From Paraspadella gotoi (taxonomy: Eukaryota > Animalia > Chaetognatha): DNA of 64,000 bases. The translations under genes and the position numbers were made by a program. Positions 24,168 to 37,093 of this stretch are shown one piece after another. Location: positions 16,762,667 to 16,826,666 of the forward strand of contig CM119271.1 of NCBI GenBank assembly GCA_051294375.1, written 5' to 3'. How positions within the stretch are numbered: position 1 is the first letter of the stretch; every line of letters begins with the position of its first letter. Below the pieces are notes generated by a model. The model saw nothing but the letters and a program-made list of their open reading frames with translations, did not search any database and was not told the origin of the DNA.

Positions 24168-24835
24168 TGGAGAAGGCCGGGGTCAAAGAGTGGAGTCTTG
24201 GTGCTACTAAGATTATTTTACATCGTAAAAAATTATGTGAGGATTACTATAATCTATCGTGTAATACAAAGTGTGGTTTAAATTAAAAAATTATATAGAT
24301 GATCTATTGCGAAAATGAATTTAATGCTAAATACACTCTTGTTTGAAAAAAGAATATTGCCGTTAATCGGCGGCGGCCTGGGGTGGGAGAGGAAAGAGAA
24401 GAAGAAAGAGGAGAGAATAGATGGAGGAGAGAGAGGTGCACTGGCATCACCTGAACCTGGTAGAGTTTGAACCAGTATAAGAACAACGCCTAAGCTTGTT
24501 TTCAACTTGGCGAAGAAAAAAAGATAGAGAAAAAATAAGAACTGGTAGATCAGAAGTTCGGCGCTGAAACTTTTTTGTGAATACATTTTCTAATGACTCT
24601 AATCAAATAACTATAAAATTTAAATGTGAAACTATGCTCAACAACATTTACTCATACCTTATTGGTCTGCAAAAATTCGATTCGTATTTTTTAGAAACTA
24701 TACTGATACTATTTCAGGGCATGTTGATGCTTAATTATCGATATATATAATTATATACATTACTTACTACCAATTATAAAATTAAAATTAATAAAAGTGT
24801 TACCAAAGTTAATAAACATTTAAATAGAATAGATA

Positions 24836-24906
24836 AGACTTACTGACTGACCGACCGACAAAAAAAAGTGAGTTATCGACTATAGAGTTTGCGTCGCAAC
24901 TAAAAA
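24836..24906 (-). mobile_element. terminus of a second HINE-like family (also ~34947-35015)
   Basis: (GACT/GACC)n followed by the palindrome AGTTGCG-T-CGCAACT and an A-run. Confidence 0.45.
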
Positions 24907-25605
24907 TAGGAAATGACAATAAAAAAGAAAATAAAAAGGAAAAATAAAAAGAAAATAAAAAATAAGGCGTCATCGGTTTATCGGTCGAGTCTGAACAAAC
25001 ATTAAAACATCGTAGAATATCGTTTAAAAGAGGAGGAGGAGGAGGAGGAGGGGAGGAGAAGGAGGAGGAGGTGAAGAAGATAACGCTCTGCCTTAGGGAA
25101 AAACAAAGCGACCAAATTAATTTTTCTTTTAAGCATAAGAATTGAAATACGGATTAAGAAGAAAAATTAATTAAATCTATTTCTTTAAAAGTCTCGTTTC
25201 AATTAAACAAAAAAGAACCTCGGAGGATTTTTGTTGTGTTTTTGTTGTTTTGTTGTTCCTTCGTCTTCTCCGTCTCAACCAATTCACCCAATTAGCGTCA
25301 TAATTTTTCAGCTTATTCCATTTTATTCACTTATTCAGACGAAGGTGAGCGTGTGACACTTTGGCCGCTGAGTCACTCTCAACGACTCGGCGCTTTCGAT
25401 CCCTTGGACCCGCAACGACATCTCCATCTCACTGTTCCAATGTTTATATTAAGAGTAATTTATATTAAGGTATTTATTTATTAATTATATTTATATTATA
25501 TATTTAAATTTAAGATCATCACACGTTATCTCTTTGATTATCGTGATCGAAACTGGATCTCACGTTGAGTACAGCATAATGGTATTCGCGGTCGCGTGTC
25601 GAGGC

Positions 25606-25735
25606 TATTTAAAGCCGAGATGGACGATGACCTTCGTTGACCTTAGAGAGTCAGAGAGAAGAATCAAGGTTGATAAGACTATGACAATTGCCTATACAGG
25701 AGAACCTTCTTGCTTACTATTTGACCAATCAAGGA
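25606..25735 (-). promoter_or_regulatory. candidate promoter/enhancer with a perfect DR4 nuclear-receptor element (duplicate 35716-35845)
   Basis: TGACCT-TCGT-TGACCT at 25628-25643, TATTTAAA at 25606-25613 and GACCAATCA at ~25723. Confidence 0.3.
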
Positions 25736-26699
25736 CGGTCCTCACATCCACTACTTTGTTCCTTCTTTCTTTCATTTTTCTACGCACAAATTTTTCTTTT
25801 TTCTTCTAAGTCAAGAAATGATTTGCGAGATTTTATTACAAATTTTATCACAAATTTTATAACAAATTTCAACATTCGATTTTCTTTTTTTCTCGTTCAA
25901 CATCTAAACTTTAAACACTTATTCACTCCCTCGCCTTCATCACTCATTAACTCTCTCTCTCTCTCCTCTCTTTCCTCCTTCTCTCTCTCCTCTCCTCTCT
26001 CTTCTTTCTCTCTCTCTCTAACGCTCTTCACGTCTTTCACATCGCGTTTCACCTTTTTTCCCCATTTCACTTCGCTCGCTTTTGACGCGCGGCGACTTCA
26101 CTTAAGCAGACCGCTCACGGGCGCCAAAACGAAGCGTTACTAAGTCAAAACCAAGCAGCCAAGCATGTTTTTACTCGCTCTCCTCGTCTCGCTCTCTTTC
26201 TCACTCTCACTCTCTCTCTAGCGTTTTTCTTTTTCCTCAATGTCCGTTAAAACAGGTGCTGTGACGCACAAGTTCAGAGTAAGAATGATTTTATTCTTCA
26301 GACAACGTTATAAAACAATAACAGTCAAAATGCTCAGATGCTAAGTCTATTACAATGGTTAGTTTACAAGGTCAAACGGTTTGACCCATAAATGGTCAAC
26401 CGTTTATGACGCATAAATAAGTTGGGGGAAATGAGGCGAGGTAAGGTTGGTAAGGTCAATGTGGTTTGATCCAAGGTTGCGTTGTTCTAGATGTTCGATC
26501 TCTCTCACAACAACAACAAAGAGAGAGAGAGAGATGGAGGGTCGATGCAGTTGGCACAAGAAAAATGGAGTCCAGATGAAAGAGAATTTGAATAATGCCG
26601 CCAGGAAAAAGAAGATAATTTCTTTGTCGCCGTCTTCTTCGTTCTTGTCGTCGTCGTCGTCTTCGTCTTTGTGGTCGTTATCGTCGTCGTTATCGTCGT

Positions 26700-26784
26700 C
26701 TGTGAACGATGATGGCCGATCCGGAAAAAAAAATGGCAAGAGGGGGAATTAGTGAACATTCTTTCCTCTGTCCGTCTTTCTCTC

Positions 26785-26852
<68 letters not shown>

Positions 26853-27046
26853 TTCTCTCTCATTTTTTGCCTTTCTTTCTGTCCCTTTCAGTTTGTCTAA
26901 TGTCTATATTGGTTTTCTGTTTCTTTCTGTCCCGTTTTTCACCCGATCTTTCTATCCCTACATCGAAAATGTTCTATCCAATTTTCCCTTGCTCAAAATC
27001 TGTATCCAACAACTTCCTGAGGCTCGATTATCCAATACGCTCTCTC

Positions 27047-27124
<78 letters not shown>

Positions 27125-28106
27125 TTTCTCTCGTCATCGCTTCCATCGGACAAGTGGAGTAGATATTTCCTGGTGTTCACACACTTTATTTGTAATAGTT
27201 GCTAATTTGGTTTGCTTTAGGTAAGATTTATAGTATTTTGAGTACCTGAATCTATTTTTAAATTTAAACCCAAATTACTATTTTTATTTGATTGATAGAA
27301 CAGGGTATAAATGTTGGTCAGTTTGCGCAATTACGGTAACGAATGAGTTTTTACTGCGTCCTAAAACATTCAGCACACACTCTGTAAATAAAGTCAAACT
27401 AATATAAGCAATATAAGATTTATAATATAAAATACACAAAGTTTGAACCGATTTAACACAAATAATTTTCGATATTTTCCAACCAAAGAAGCATGGCCCT
27501 CGCCTTGTACATAATATTTCAGCGTTGGCTGTCGACACTTCAGAAGTGAACTCTACCATAACAACATTATTTGCGTCGCGAACTCAACTGAGATTTAGTG
27601 CACTCCGAGAGGAAAAAATTACATCCGGACACAGGAGAGAGGAGGGAAGAGGAAGGGGAATGTGACAGAAGAGGAGGATAAAGAGGAAGGAGGAAAAAAG
27701 AGAGACGGAGGAGAGGGAGGTAGGAGGGAGGCAAAGGTAGAAGTGGAAGGAGGAAGGATGCATTGAGGAGGAGGGGAAAGAGGGAGAGTAGAGGAAGAAG
27801 GAGAGTGGAGGAAGCTGGGAAGAGGAGGGAGATGGTGAACGACGGATGACGGACGGATAACGGACGGACGACGGATTGAGCGACGGACAGCATAGAGCGA
27901 CGAGCGACTGTCTAGAGTAATGAGGGGACGATGACCGACGATGACGACCGATAACGACGGACGATAATGAGCGACGGATGAGTGAAAGGACAACGACGAT
28001 GACTATAACGACGATAGCACGATGAGACGACAACAGACGACGGATGACCGTAAGCCGGTGACGGACATGACGATGACCGAGAGACAACGAGACAGGAGTG
28101 ATCTCG
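26700..28106. repeat. inverted duplicate of ~16690-17990
   Basis: GATGATGGCCGATC..GGAAAAAAA..GGCAAGAGGGGGAAT (26708) is the reverse complement of ~17943-17985, and colinearity continues to the gap at 28107. Confidence 0.85.
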
Positions 28107-30035
28107 NNNNNNNNNNNNNNNNNNNNNNNNNTCTTTGGCGACGTCGTTCGCTTCAGACTTTCCTTCCATTAAAGATGATGAAAAAATGCATGAAAGCCGA
28201 TCGGGGGAAAAAGGAGGGGTGGAAGGAGGGAGGAAAGGGGGAGATAGGGAGGAAAGGGGAAGTGAACGAGAGAGGTGGAAGAAAGGGAGGTAGGAAGAAA
28301 AAAGAGAAGAAGAGGAAAAAAATGGAGGAAAGAAAAAAAAAGAGAAAGGAGGAAGAAATTGAGGAAAAGATAAAAGAGAAAAGAGGGGAAGAAAGGAAGG
28401 GGGAAGATAGGGAAGCAGGAAAAGAAAGGGAGGAAAGAGAAAAAAGAAGAGGGGAAGAAAAAAAAGAAGAGGAAAGAAAGGGAGGAAAGAGATAAAAAGG
28501 AGAGGGGAAGAAACAGAAGAAAAGGAAAAAAAGGGAGGAAAGAGAAAAAAGAAGAGTGAAAAAAAGAAGAGGAAAAAAGGGAGGAAAGAGAAAAAAAGGA
28601 CAGGGGAAGAAAGAGAAGAAGAGGGAAAAAAGGGAGGAAAGAGAAAAAAGAAGAGGGGAAAAAAAGAAGAGGAAAGAAAGGGAGGAAAGAGAAAAAAAGG
28701 ACAGGGGAAGAAAGAGAAGAAGAGGGAAAAAAGGGAGGAAAGAGAAAAAAGGGAGGAAGGAGGAAGAAAAATAATGAGGAAGAGGAAGTATGAGGGAGAG
28801 AAAGGAGGAAAGGGGACTCATGAGGGGATCATTCACTTAGTGGTCTACCCAAAACTACAATAAGAAAACGATTAAGATTAGAAAATTCTAGGTTCAAACT
28901 TTGGGGCTGAGATCAAAGTAGGTTTTTAAAGCAGCAATGAAAATCCTTATCAAGGGTAGAGATAAAATTATTGATCAATAAAAAAATATTGAAAAGTTTT
29001 TTTTTGTTGAGAAAGAAAACGTTTATTGATTTTGGTTTAAGTGTGAAGTGAAGTAGAAAGGAAAAGAAAGGAGATAAAGAAAGAGTAAAACTAATGGATG
29101 TTACAAAGATAAAAAAATCTAATGAAATTAGATGCAGAAAAATACTTATTTTTCTGCATCTAATTTCATTAGATTGATTGATTTATTTTGCTCAAAAGGT
29201 GAAAGTTTACCGCAATGAAAAAATAATTGTTAATAAGATGAACATTATAAATGTGTACCTACAAGAAAGAGAGAGAGAGAGATAATAAAAAGACACAAAC
29301 AAAAAGAGAGAGAGGGAGAGAGAAAGAGACAGAGAACGAGGGAAAGAGAGAGAGAGAGAGAGATTGATTGATTAATTTTTAATTGATTGATTGGTTAATT
29401 CTAATAATATTTATAGGTAATGGATTTTTAAATTATTCACTGTATTTTACTGTATCTCGATAGCCTGTAACAATTTTGCATAGATTTTTTAGGATAACTT
29501 CTGTAAAGACTCAGGGAATAAAAAAAAATATTCAGATGGGCTGAAATCAATAATATTTTTCAGCTTTTAGCTTGCATTGCGTCAAAGGCAGATTAAAGAA
29601 AGAGAATTATTCTTCTATTTTATGGATTCAAAAAGAGGAAAAACTTGAGGCTATCTTTTCTGAGAGTGCCCCATATCTGTAGATTTTTGCCAGAATTTAA
29701 TTTAAACATTAATATTTAACCTAAACATGTAATATTAATAATAACCCAATCTTTAAACCTGATCTCTAACCCAAATACCTAACCCTAATAACTACACAAA
29801 TACCTAACCTTAATCACTAACCCTTCAAACCTCATCTTTAATCCCAAAAATAAACTTAATTCACAATTTAAGAGGAAATGGGGAGTTCTCGGAAAATAAG
29901 CAAAACCAAAAATTCAAATCGCTCAACAGAAATAAAAAGGTTTGAGTCTCTCTTCATTTGCAGAAGGAAAATAACTTTTTTTATTTCAACACGAAATCAA
30001 GGTGCTTCAAGCCATTTTTATCTCTTTGTTTCTCT

Positions 30036-30105
<70 letters not shown>

Positions 30106-30202
30106 ATCTGACGATTTGCGTTTTTCCGTCGTCCTGTTCTCGCTAATTAATTCACGGAAGCCAATGAATTTGTTGCTGGTTTAAATTCTTAGCTCGCGAT
30201 TG

Positions 30203-30235
<33 letters not shown>

Positions 30236-31508
30236 TCTCTCTCTCTTCTCTCCCCCCCTCCTCCCCCCCTCTTTCTTTCTTCCTTCACTCCCAAATCCCA
30301 ATTTTCAACCTTCCCTTTTTCTTCACCAAATTAAATTCCGACATCTTGCGAGACACAATTAATGAGGCAAAAACCGTTCAAAGTTGAAAAGTCGATTCGA
30401 ATACGTAATGATTTTAAAGAAAAATAAGTTAAATTATATTCAATAAAATGTTCAATTAAAACTATAAACCGCTTAGTCCACTTATTCTGGCACTATTTTC
30501 CAAAAGGGCCCCGTTTGTGTTCCTAATCCCTGAACCTTATCTCTCACCTAACCTGTAATAGTGCGCCTTTTTTAGCACACATATTCTGGCACTATTTTCT
30601 GAAAGTGACCAATTTTTATTCTGAATCCCTCATCTCTAATCTCTTATCAAATATCTTACCCAATCCTCGGGCGCTTTTGGAAAATATGAAAAAATTAATA
30701 AAACATAAATCGCTTAACACAGCAGTAGTAGTGTGGGTATTATCATATCAGAACCTCGAATTATGATAAATTATGCAAAAAAATGATGTTCGTCTGTCTT
30801 TCGGTCCGTCCGTCCGTCCATCCGTCCGTCCGTCCGTACTCAGCTTTGAACGCCAATTACTCATGAATGTATGGGGCGTTTGACTTGAAATTTTGTATAT
30901 GGGTAGGAAAGTGAGTGATTGAGCAGGAAAATAAGTTTCGATGGAATCGTCCAAGTGGAAATGAGTTAAAATTAAAAAAAATTTCACTATTTGATCATGC
31001 TTTTTTTATATTTAATGTAAATTCAAGCTGTATCAATTAATTATTGATAAATTAATAATTATTAATTATTTTGTAATTAATTTATTTAATAATTATTTTG
31101 TGATCAAGATTGTTGTTTTGTGATTGAGAGGCTAGACAAAGTGAAAAACGTTCTTGACAGGAATAAAAAAAAATAATATTAATTAATTATTTAATTTATA
31201 AATTATTTAATTATCTGATCAGCTGCTTATTACTAATAATCGTGGGCAGATCCGTTTGCTCAAACTTGTTTATTAATTATCCTGCGATGTAATGACAATA
31301 GAGCATACAATATACAACATACAACAAACGCAAATATGCACCAATATTGCAACTTTCAGTCCGACGCACTAATTAACTCCATTTTTTTATTCCCAGGGCA
31401 TTTTCGCTAATCGACATTAGGAACAGGAAAAGCAAGCAACATCCGAGGCTCCATCAAGCTCATAAACGATAATGAACTCATTAAAAAAAAGGAATCGGTT
31501 GAACTCAC

Positions 31509-31588
31509 CTGAAAGTAGGTCCGTCACGTTCGGGCAGCGAAAGGCAAAAAAGGGAAAAAAATGAAATAAAAAATAATGATTTGTCCAT
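31509..31588 (-). CDS. candidate signal-peptide first exon
   Basis: AAAATG context. Reads MDKSLFFISFFSLFCLSLPERDGPTF plus AG, then the consensus donor GTGAGT. Twin CCAAT boxes lie upstream. Downstream exons were not identified. Confidence 0.4.
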
Positions 31589-31649
31589 TTTACTCCAATA
31601 TTAAGATTAGGATACGTCGCTCGGTTGGCAACTTCGTTTCCCTACTCTT

Positions 31650-31683
31650 CTGATTGGCTGACGATGCGCGTTTCTGATTGGCT
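31650..31683 (-). promoter_or_regulatory. tandem NF-Y-type CCAAT boxes
   Basis: CTGATTGGCT at 31650-31659 and 31674-31683 (AGCCAATCAG on the minus strand), 62-95 bp upstream of the candidate ATG. Confidence 0.45.
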
Positions 31684-32795
31684 AGTCGCCTCGCTTTTTT
31701 ATCGTTATAACCTTTGTTAAAAAAAATGTTTAGTTATGAAACCGAATCATAATTTTTGGGGGTTTTAAACTAACTCTCTCTGTCTCTATAATTCTGTCTC
31801 TGACTCTATCTGCTTCTTCTGCCCACGAATTTGCTCATAAGAAATCAGTCTATTCTCTTGATACGAGATATTATAATTCACGAAAATGTAATAAATTTTG
31901 TGCAACACAATATTCATTTTGAATTTTTTAAATGTAAGTTGGGAAGATATTGAAACGATAAACTATTTCGTAAATTATTAAGTAAAAACTGAAAGTAAGC
32001 AAGACACTAAGGCAGGTCTATTCATCAATTGATATTATCAATAAAAAATAGAAAATATTGTTCAATAAATCTGATTTGATAAAGCATACTAGGAATAATT
32101 CAACCAATTTTTGACTAATGAATCATTTGTTATTGTGAGCTTTAAATAAAACAATCGAAAAATTTTTAAAAATGACCAAAAAAATCAGTGAATTAATCAA
32201 TCTTTTAATTATTAATTCAACAATTATTTCATCAATCAGTCAACCAATTCTTCAATCTGTCCATATATTGCTCAATCAATGAATCAATCAATCAACCCAT
32301 GAATCAATCCATTAATCCATCTATCAGTCATTCTTTCACTCAATAAATAAATCAATCAATAATTAAATCAATCAATAAATCATTCAATCTATATATTAAT
32401 CTTGATACATTGAACCATCATTCAATCAATTAATCAATAAAAATATTAATCAAACTACATATCTATCTATCAATGCATCAATCAATAAATTAGTTAATCC
32501 ATTAACCAGTTATTCTATCACTCAATCAATTTATTAAACAATAAATTAGTCAATCAATAAATCATTCATTCTATTAATAAATCAACCCATTATTCAATCC
32601 ATGAAACTCCAATCAACTCCAATCAACTCCAATCAAAACCAATCATATCCTCTCAATTCCGTCCAACGGCGGAGTAAGCGAGTAAGTTGATAAGGCGAGG
32701 AGATTTTGATAAGGGTTCGCAGGGTCGAGGAGAAGAGGAGATTGCGTGGAGAGAGAGGGAGTGATGGAGGATTTGGGGGACAATCTCGGGGGTGG

Positions 32796-32828
<33 letters not shown>

Positions 32829-32899
32829 TAAAGAGAAAGATTTTAATAATTAAAAAATGTATCTAAAAACATTCTCTCCTCTTTTATCTTGTACGTATA

Positions 32900-32951
<52 letters not shown>

Positions 32952-33114
32952 TATTTACAAAGGGAAAATACATGCATAAATTGTAAATTGGAAAGATTTC
33001 ATATGATGAATGCCTAAATTCGTAGACTTAAATGTAATAAAGTAGCTTTTTATGGCCTATTGTTTTATTTTGTGCCTAAAGCCCCATAGAATAAATTTCA
33101 AAAAAAAAAAAAAA

Positions 33115-33183
<69 letters not shown>

Positions 33184-33406
33184 TCGAATCAGAGAACCTT
33201 ATCTTCGTTTCTCTCAATTCCTTAATTGATTTTTCAAAAAAGTCTCAAACGCTCCATAAAAAGTCGCCGCTCCGCCGCTGCCGCTGCCACTGCCGCCGCG
33301 CCGCTTTGCTCTCCGCTCTTCCTTCTCCGCCGCAGCCACGGTTAACAACTGATTTATTAAATGAATGGATAATTTTTATATTGGTTGTACCAATTTCATA
33401 TAATAG

Positions 33407-33775
33407 ATTCCCCATACTTCCTTCTCAAAGACCACAGTGCGAAACCACAGTTTGGCGAGTCTGACCACGGCCAAACAGAAATCGCTCTTCGATTTCATCC
33501 AGACGACGCTAGCAGCAGAGAAGGTGGCGTTCTTTGAAGCTTCGAGTGGCTCGTCCGCGCATTCGATCTTGCGGAGATCGGCCTTCAGTTGAAGAATATC
33601 CAGTCTTCGTCGGAGATGCCTCCGCCGCCACCAGATCGACATGAACTCAGTCCAAGTCGAATCCCAAGAGAAATTCAGTCTTACGAATTTCCTTCTTTTT
33701 CAAACTCGTCTTTCGCAACAAAATCTGTAGCAGGAATTGCATTGGTTTATCCCGCAATTAATCCTTGAGGCGTGA
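33407..33775 (+). CDS. candidate terminal exon of an unknown protein
   Basis: A hand-made consensus of the two copies reads FPSSFSKTTVRNHSLASLTTAKQKSLFDFIQTTLAAEKVASLKLRVARPRIRSCGDRPSVEEYPASSEMPPPPPDRQNSVKSNPKRNSVLRISSFSNSSFATKSVAGIDWFIPQLILEA*. Several indel corrections were needed. Confidence 0.3.
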
Positions 33776-34147
33776 CTCGGTGGCTCAATGAGTTAAATCA
33801 TCATCTTAAGAACGCTGAGTAGCGAGTTCAATTCTAATTCGGTGCATATCCATTGGGTAAACAATATAGAAAGAGTAGCAACCCTTTGATGAAGTATAAG
33901 GCTACAAACTCCTCTGGAGATGTCACAACATTTATGGGCAGTTTTTGGCCATCTTCATTCAATCCCAATGCTCCTGAGGATGACCGTAAACTGCATAGAG
34001 GGTCCACCCTTTATTGCTGTTCGAGGCCATAAACTGCCTCGAACGCGAGTTAATAGCGTTAAATCCCAACCCGATAACTGAAGAGACAGTGATAATTGTT
34101 ATATGTTAGTGACAGAACCGTTCAATATAAGGAGACCCTGAGCTTCG

Positions 34148-34303
34148 GATCAGGCTGTAACACCGTGTTACAGGCGGGTTAAGAGCCCCGTCCCTCTTAA
34201 CTGCTGGGCGACCACCGGGCTAGAACCCAGGACCTTTGGGTTGGAAGGCGAATGACTTGCCTCCGGCACCAATGGCCACTGATGAACGGTTGGTGGATTT
34301 TAG
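34148..34303 (-). mobile_element. tRNA-related short interspersed element with A and B boxes
   Basis: On the minus strand: A-box-like TGGTGCCGGAGG, then TCGCCTTCCAACCCAAAGGTCCTG, then B-box-like GGTTCTAGCCC, followed by hairpins TTAAGAG..CTCTTAA and CTGTAACAC-G-GTGTTACAG. Confidence 0.65.
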
Positions 34304-35995
34304 TGAGAAGGCGGGTTAAGAGTGGAGTCTTGGTGCTACTAAAATTATTTTATCGAAAAAATTATGTGAGATTACTACTAATTTATCGTGTATACAAAGT
34401 GTGGTTTTAAATATAAAAAAATTATATAGATGATTATTGCGAAAATGAATTTATGCTAAATACACTCTTGTTTGAAAAAAGAATATTGCGTTAATCGGCG
34501 GCTGGGGTGGGAGAGAAAGAGAGAAAGAAAGAGAGAGATAGATGGAGAGAGAGAGAGAGTGACTGGCATCACCTGAACCTGGTAGAGTTTGAACCGTATA
34601 AACAACGCCTAAGCTTTTTTCACTTGGCGAAAGAAAAAAAAGATAGAGAAAAACTAGAACTGGTAAGATCAAGAAGTTGCGGCGCTGAAACTTTTTTGTG
34701 AATACATTTTCTAATGATCTAATAAATAACTATAAATTTAAATGTGAAACTAATGCTCAACAAACATTTACTCATACCTTATTGGTCTGCAAAAATGATT
34801 CAGTATTTTTTAGAACTATACAGCATTTAATTTCAGGGCATGTGATGCTTAATTATGATATATATACATTATATACATTACCTTACTACCAAATATGAAT
34901 TAAATTAATAAAGTTTTACCAAAGTTATAAACATAAATAGGATAGATAGACTTACTGACTGACCGACCGACCAAAAAGTGAGTTATCGACTATAGAGTTG
35001 CGTCGCAACTAAAAATAAGGGAAAATGACAAATAAAAAAAGAAAATAAAAAAGGAAAATAAAAAAGAAAATAAAAAAAATAAGGCGTCATCGTTTATCGG
35101 TCGATCTGAACAACATTAAAACATCGTTAGAATATCGTTAAGAGGAGGAGGAGGAGGAGGAGGAGGAGGAGGAGGGGGAGGAGAAGGAGGAGGAGGAAGA
35201 AGAAAACGCTTCTGCTCCTTAGGGAAAAACAAAGCGACCAATTATTTTCTTTTTAACATAAGATTGAAATAGATAAGAAGAAAATTAAATTAAATCTATT
35301 TTCTTTAAAAGTCTCGTTTCAATTAACAAAAAAAGAACCTCGAGGAACTTTTGTTGTTGTTTTTGTTGTTGTTGTTCCTTCGTCTTCTCGTCTCAACCAA
35401 TTCACCAATTAGCGTCCATAATTTATTCACTTATTCCATTTATTCACTTATTCAACGGAAGGTGAGCTGTGACACTTTGGGCGCGAGTTTCTCTCACCGA
35501 CAGTCGGCGCTTCGATCCTTGGACCCGCAACGACCACTCCATCTCACTGTCCATGTTTATATTAAGAGTATTTATATTAAGAGTATTTATATTAATATAT
35601 TTATATTAATATATTTAATTTAAGACTCAATCACACGTTATCCTTTGTTATCGTGATCGAAACTGGATCTCACGTTGAGTACAGCATAATGGTATTCGCG
35701 GTCGCGTGTCGAGGCTATTTAAAGCCGAGATGGACGATGACCTTCGTTGACCTTAGAGAGTCAGAGAGAAGAATCAAGGTTGATAAGACTATGACAATTG
35801 CCTATACAGGAGAACCTTCTTGCTTACTATTTGACCAATCAAGGACGGTCCTCACATCCACTACTTTGTTCCTTCTTTCTTTCATTTTTTCATTTTTCTT
35901 CTAAGTTCAAGAAAATGACTTTGCGAGATTTTATTACAAATTTTATCACAAATTTTATAACAAATTTTCACATTCGATTATTCTTTTTCTCGTTC

Positions 35996-36378
35996 NNNNN
36001 NNNNNNNNNNNNNNNNNNNNNNNNNNNNNNNNNNNNNNNNNNNNNNNNNNNNNNNNNNNNNNNNNNNNNNNNNNNNNNNNNNNNNNNNNNNNNNNNNNNN
36101 NNNNNNNNNNNNNNNNNNNNNNNNNNNNNNNNNNNNNNNNNNNNNNNNNNNNNNNNNNNNNNNNNNNNNNNNNNNNNNNNNNNNNNNNNNNNNNNNNNNN
36201 NNNNNNNNNNNNNNNNNNNNNNNNNNNNNNNNNNNNNNNNNNNNNNNNNNNNNNNNNNNNNNNNNNNNNNNNNNNNNNNNNNNNNNNNNNNNNNNNNNNN
36301 NNNNNNNNNNNNNNNNNNNNNNNNNNNNNNNNNNNNNNNNNNNNNNNNNNNNNNNNNNNNNNNNNNNNNNNNNNNNNN

Positions 36379-36414
<36 letters not shown>

Positions 36415-36895
36415 ACTTAGAGAAATTCAATTCTATAGGAAAGAAGATAAAAAGAACAAAAGGAGAGAGAAGATCCTTTTATCTCTAAAAAAAACCTTTT
36501 TCCAAATGTCTCAAACATTAAAATAAAAATAAAACATTGAAATTTTGCAGAGTCCTACTTTCATCTCAAGAGACTCAGCCTCACCTGAAGTTAAAGTTAT
36601 TTATCTTGTGAGAGGGATGGAAGCCGTGACTCACCAGCGCAAGATAGCTTATTTTTTAAATGTAGTTGTAGATCATCCGTGATTGTACCAGTTTAAAATT
36701 TTTTTTNNNNNNNNNNNNNNNNNNNNNNNNNNNNNNNNNNNNNNNNNNNNNNNNNNNNNNNNNNNNNNNNNNNNNNNNNNNNNNNNNNNNNNNNNNNNNN
36801 NNNNNNNNNNNNNNNNNNNNNNNNNNNNNNNNNNNNNNNNNNNNNNNNNNNNNNNNNNNNNNNNNNNNNNNNNNNNNNNNNNNNNNNNNNNNNNN
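35996..36895. other. assembly gaps (35996-36378 and 36707-36895)
   Basis: N runs. Additional gaps of exactly 25 N start at 3208, 8656, 16267, 28107, 37069, 46650 and 56058. Confidence 0.99.
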
Positions 36896-36983
36896 NTCTC
36901 TCTCTCTCTTTCGACTATCTCTGTCTCCGTTTCTTTTTCTTTTTAGTCAGGGCTAAGGCCATGTTTCTTTGTCTTGCTTTTTT

Positions 36984-37017
<34 letters not shown>

Positions 37018-37093
37018 TTGTCTTCTAAGAAACAAAAAGAATAAATGAGGATGAAGAGAATGCATCCANNNNNNNNNNNNNNNNNNNNNNNNN

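Larger units (their letters stand above)
17995..25890. repeat. ~7.9-kb block duplicated at 28132-35995
   Basis: Colinear throughout with indel-dominated differences. The second copy is bounded by N gaps on both sides. Confidence 0.92.
28132..35995. repeat. second copy of the ~7.9-kb block 17995-25890
   Basis: Colinear with the first copy and gap-bounded on both sides. Confidence 0.92.

Noticed and set aside
34230-34280. Functional tRNA gene
   Set aside because: The acceptor and anticodon stems pair poorly, it is embedded in a dispersed repeat, and one copy lacks the B box.
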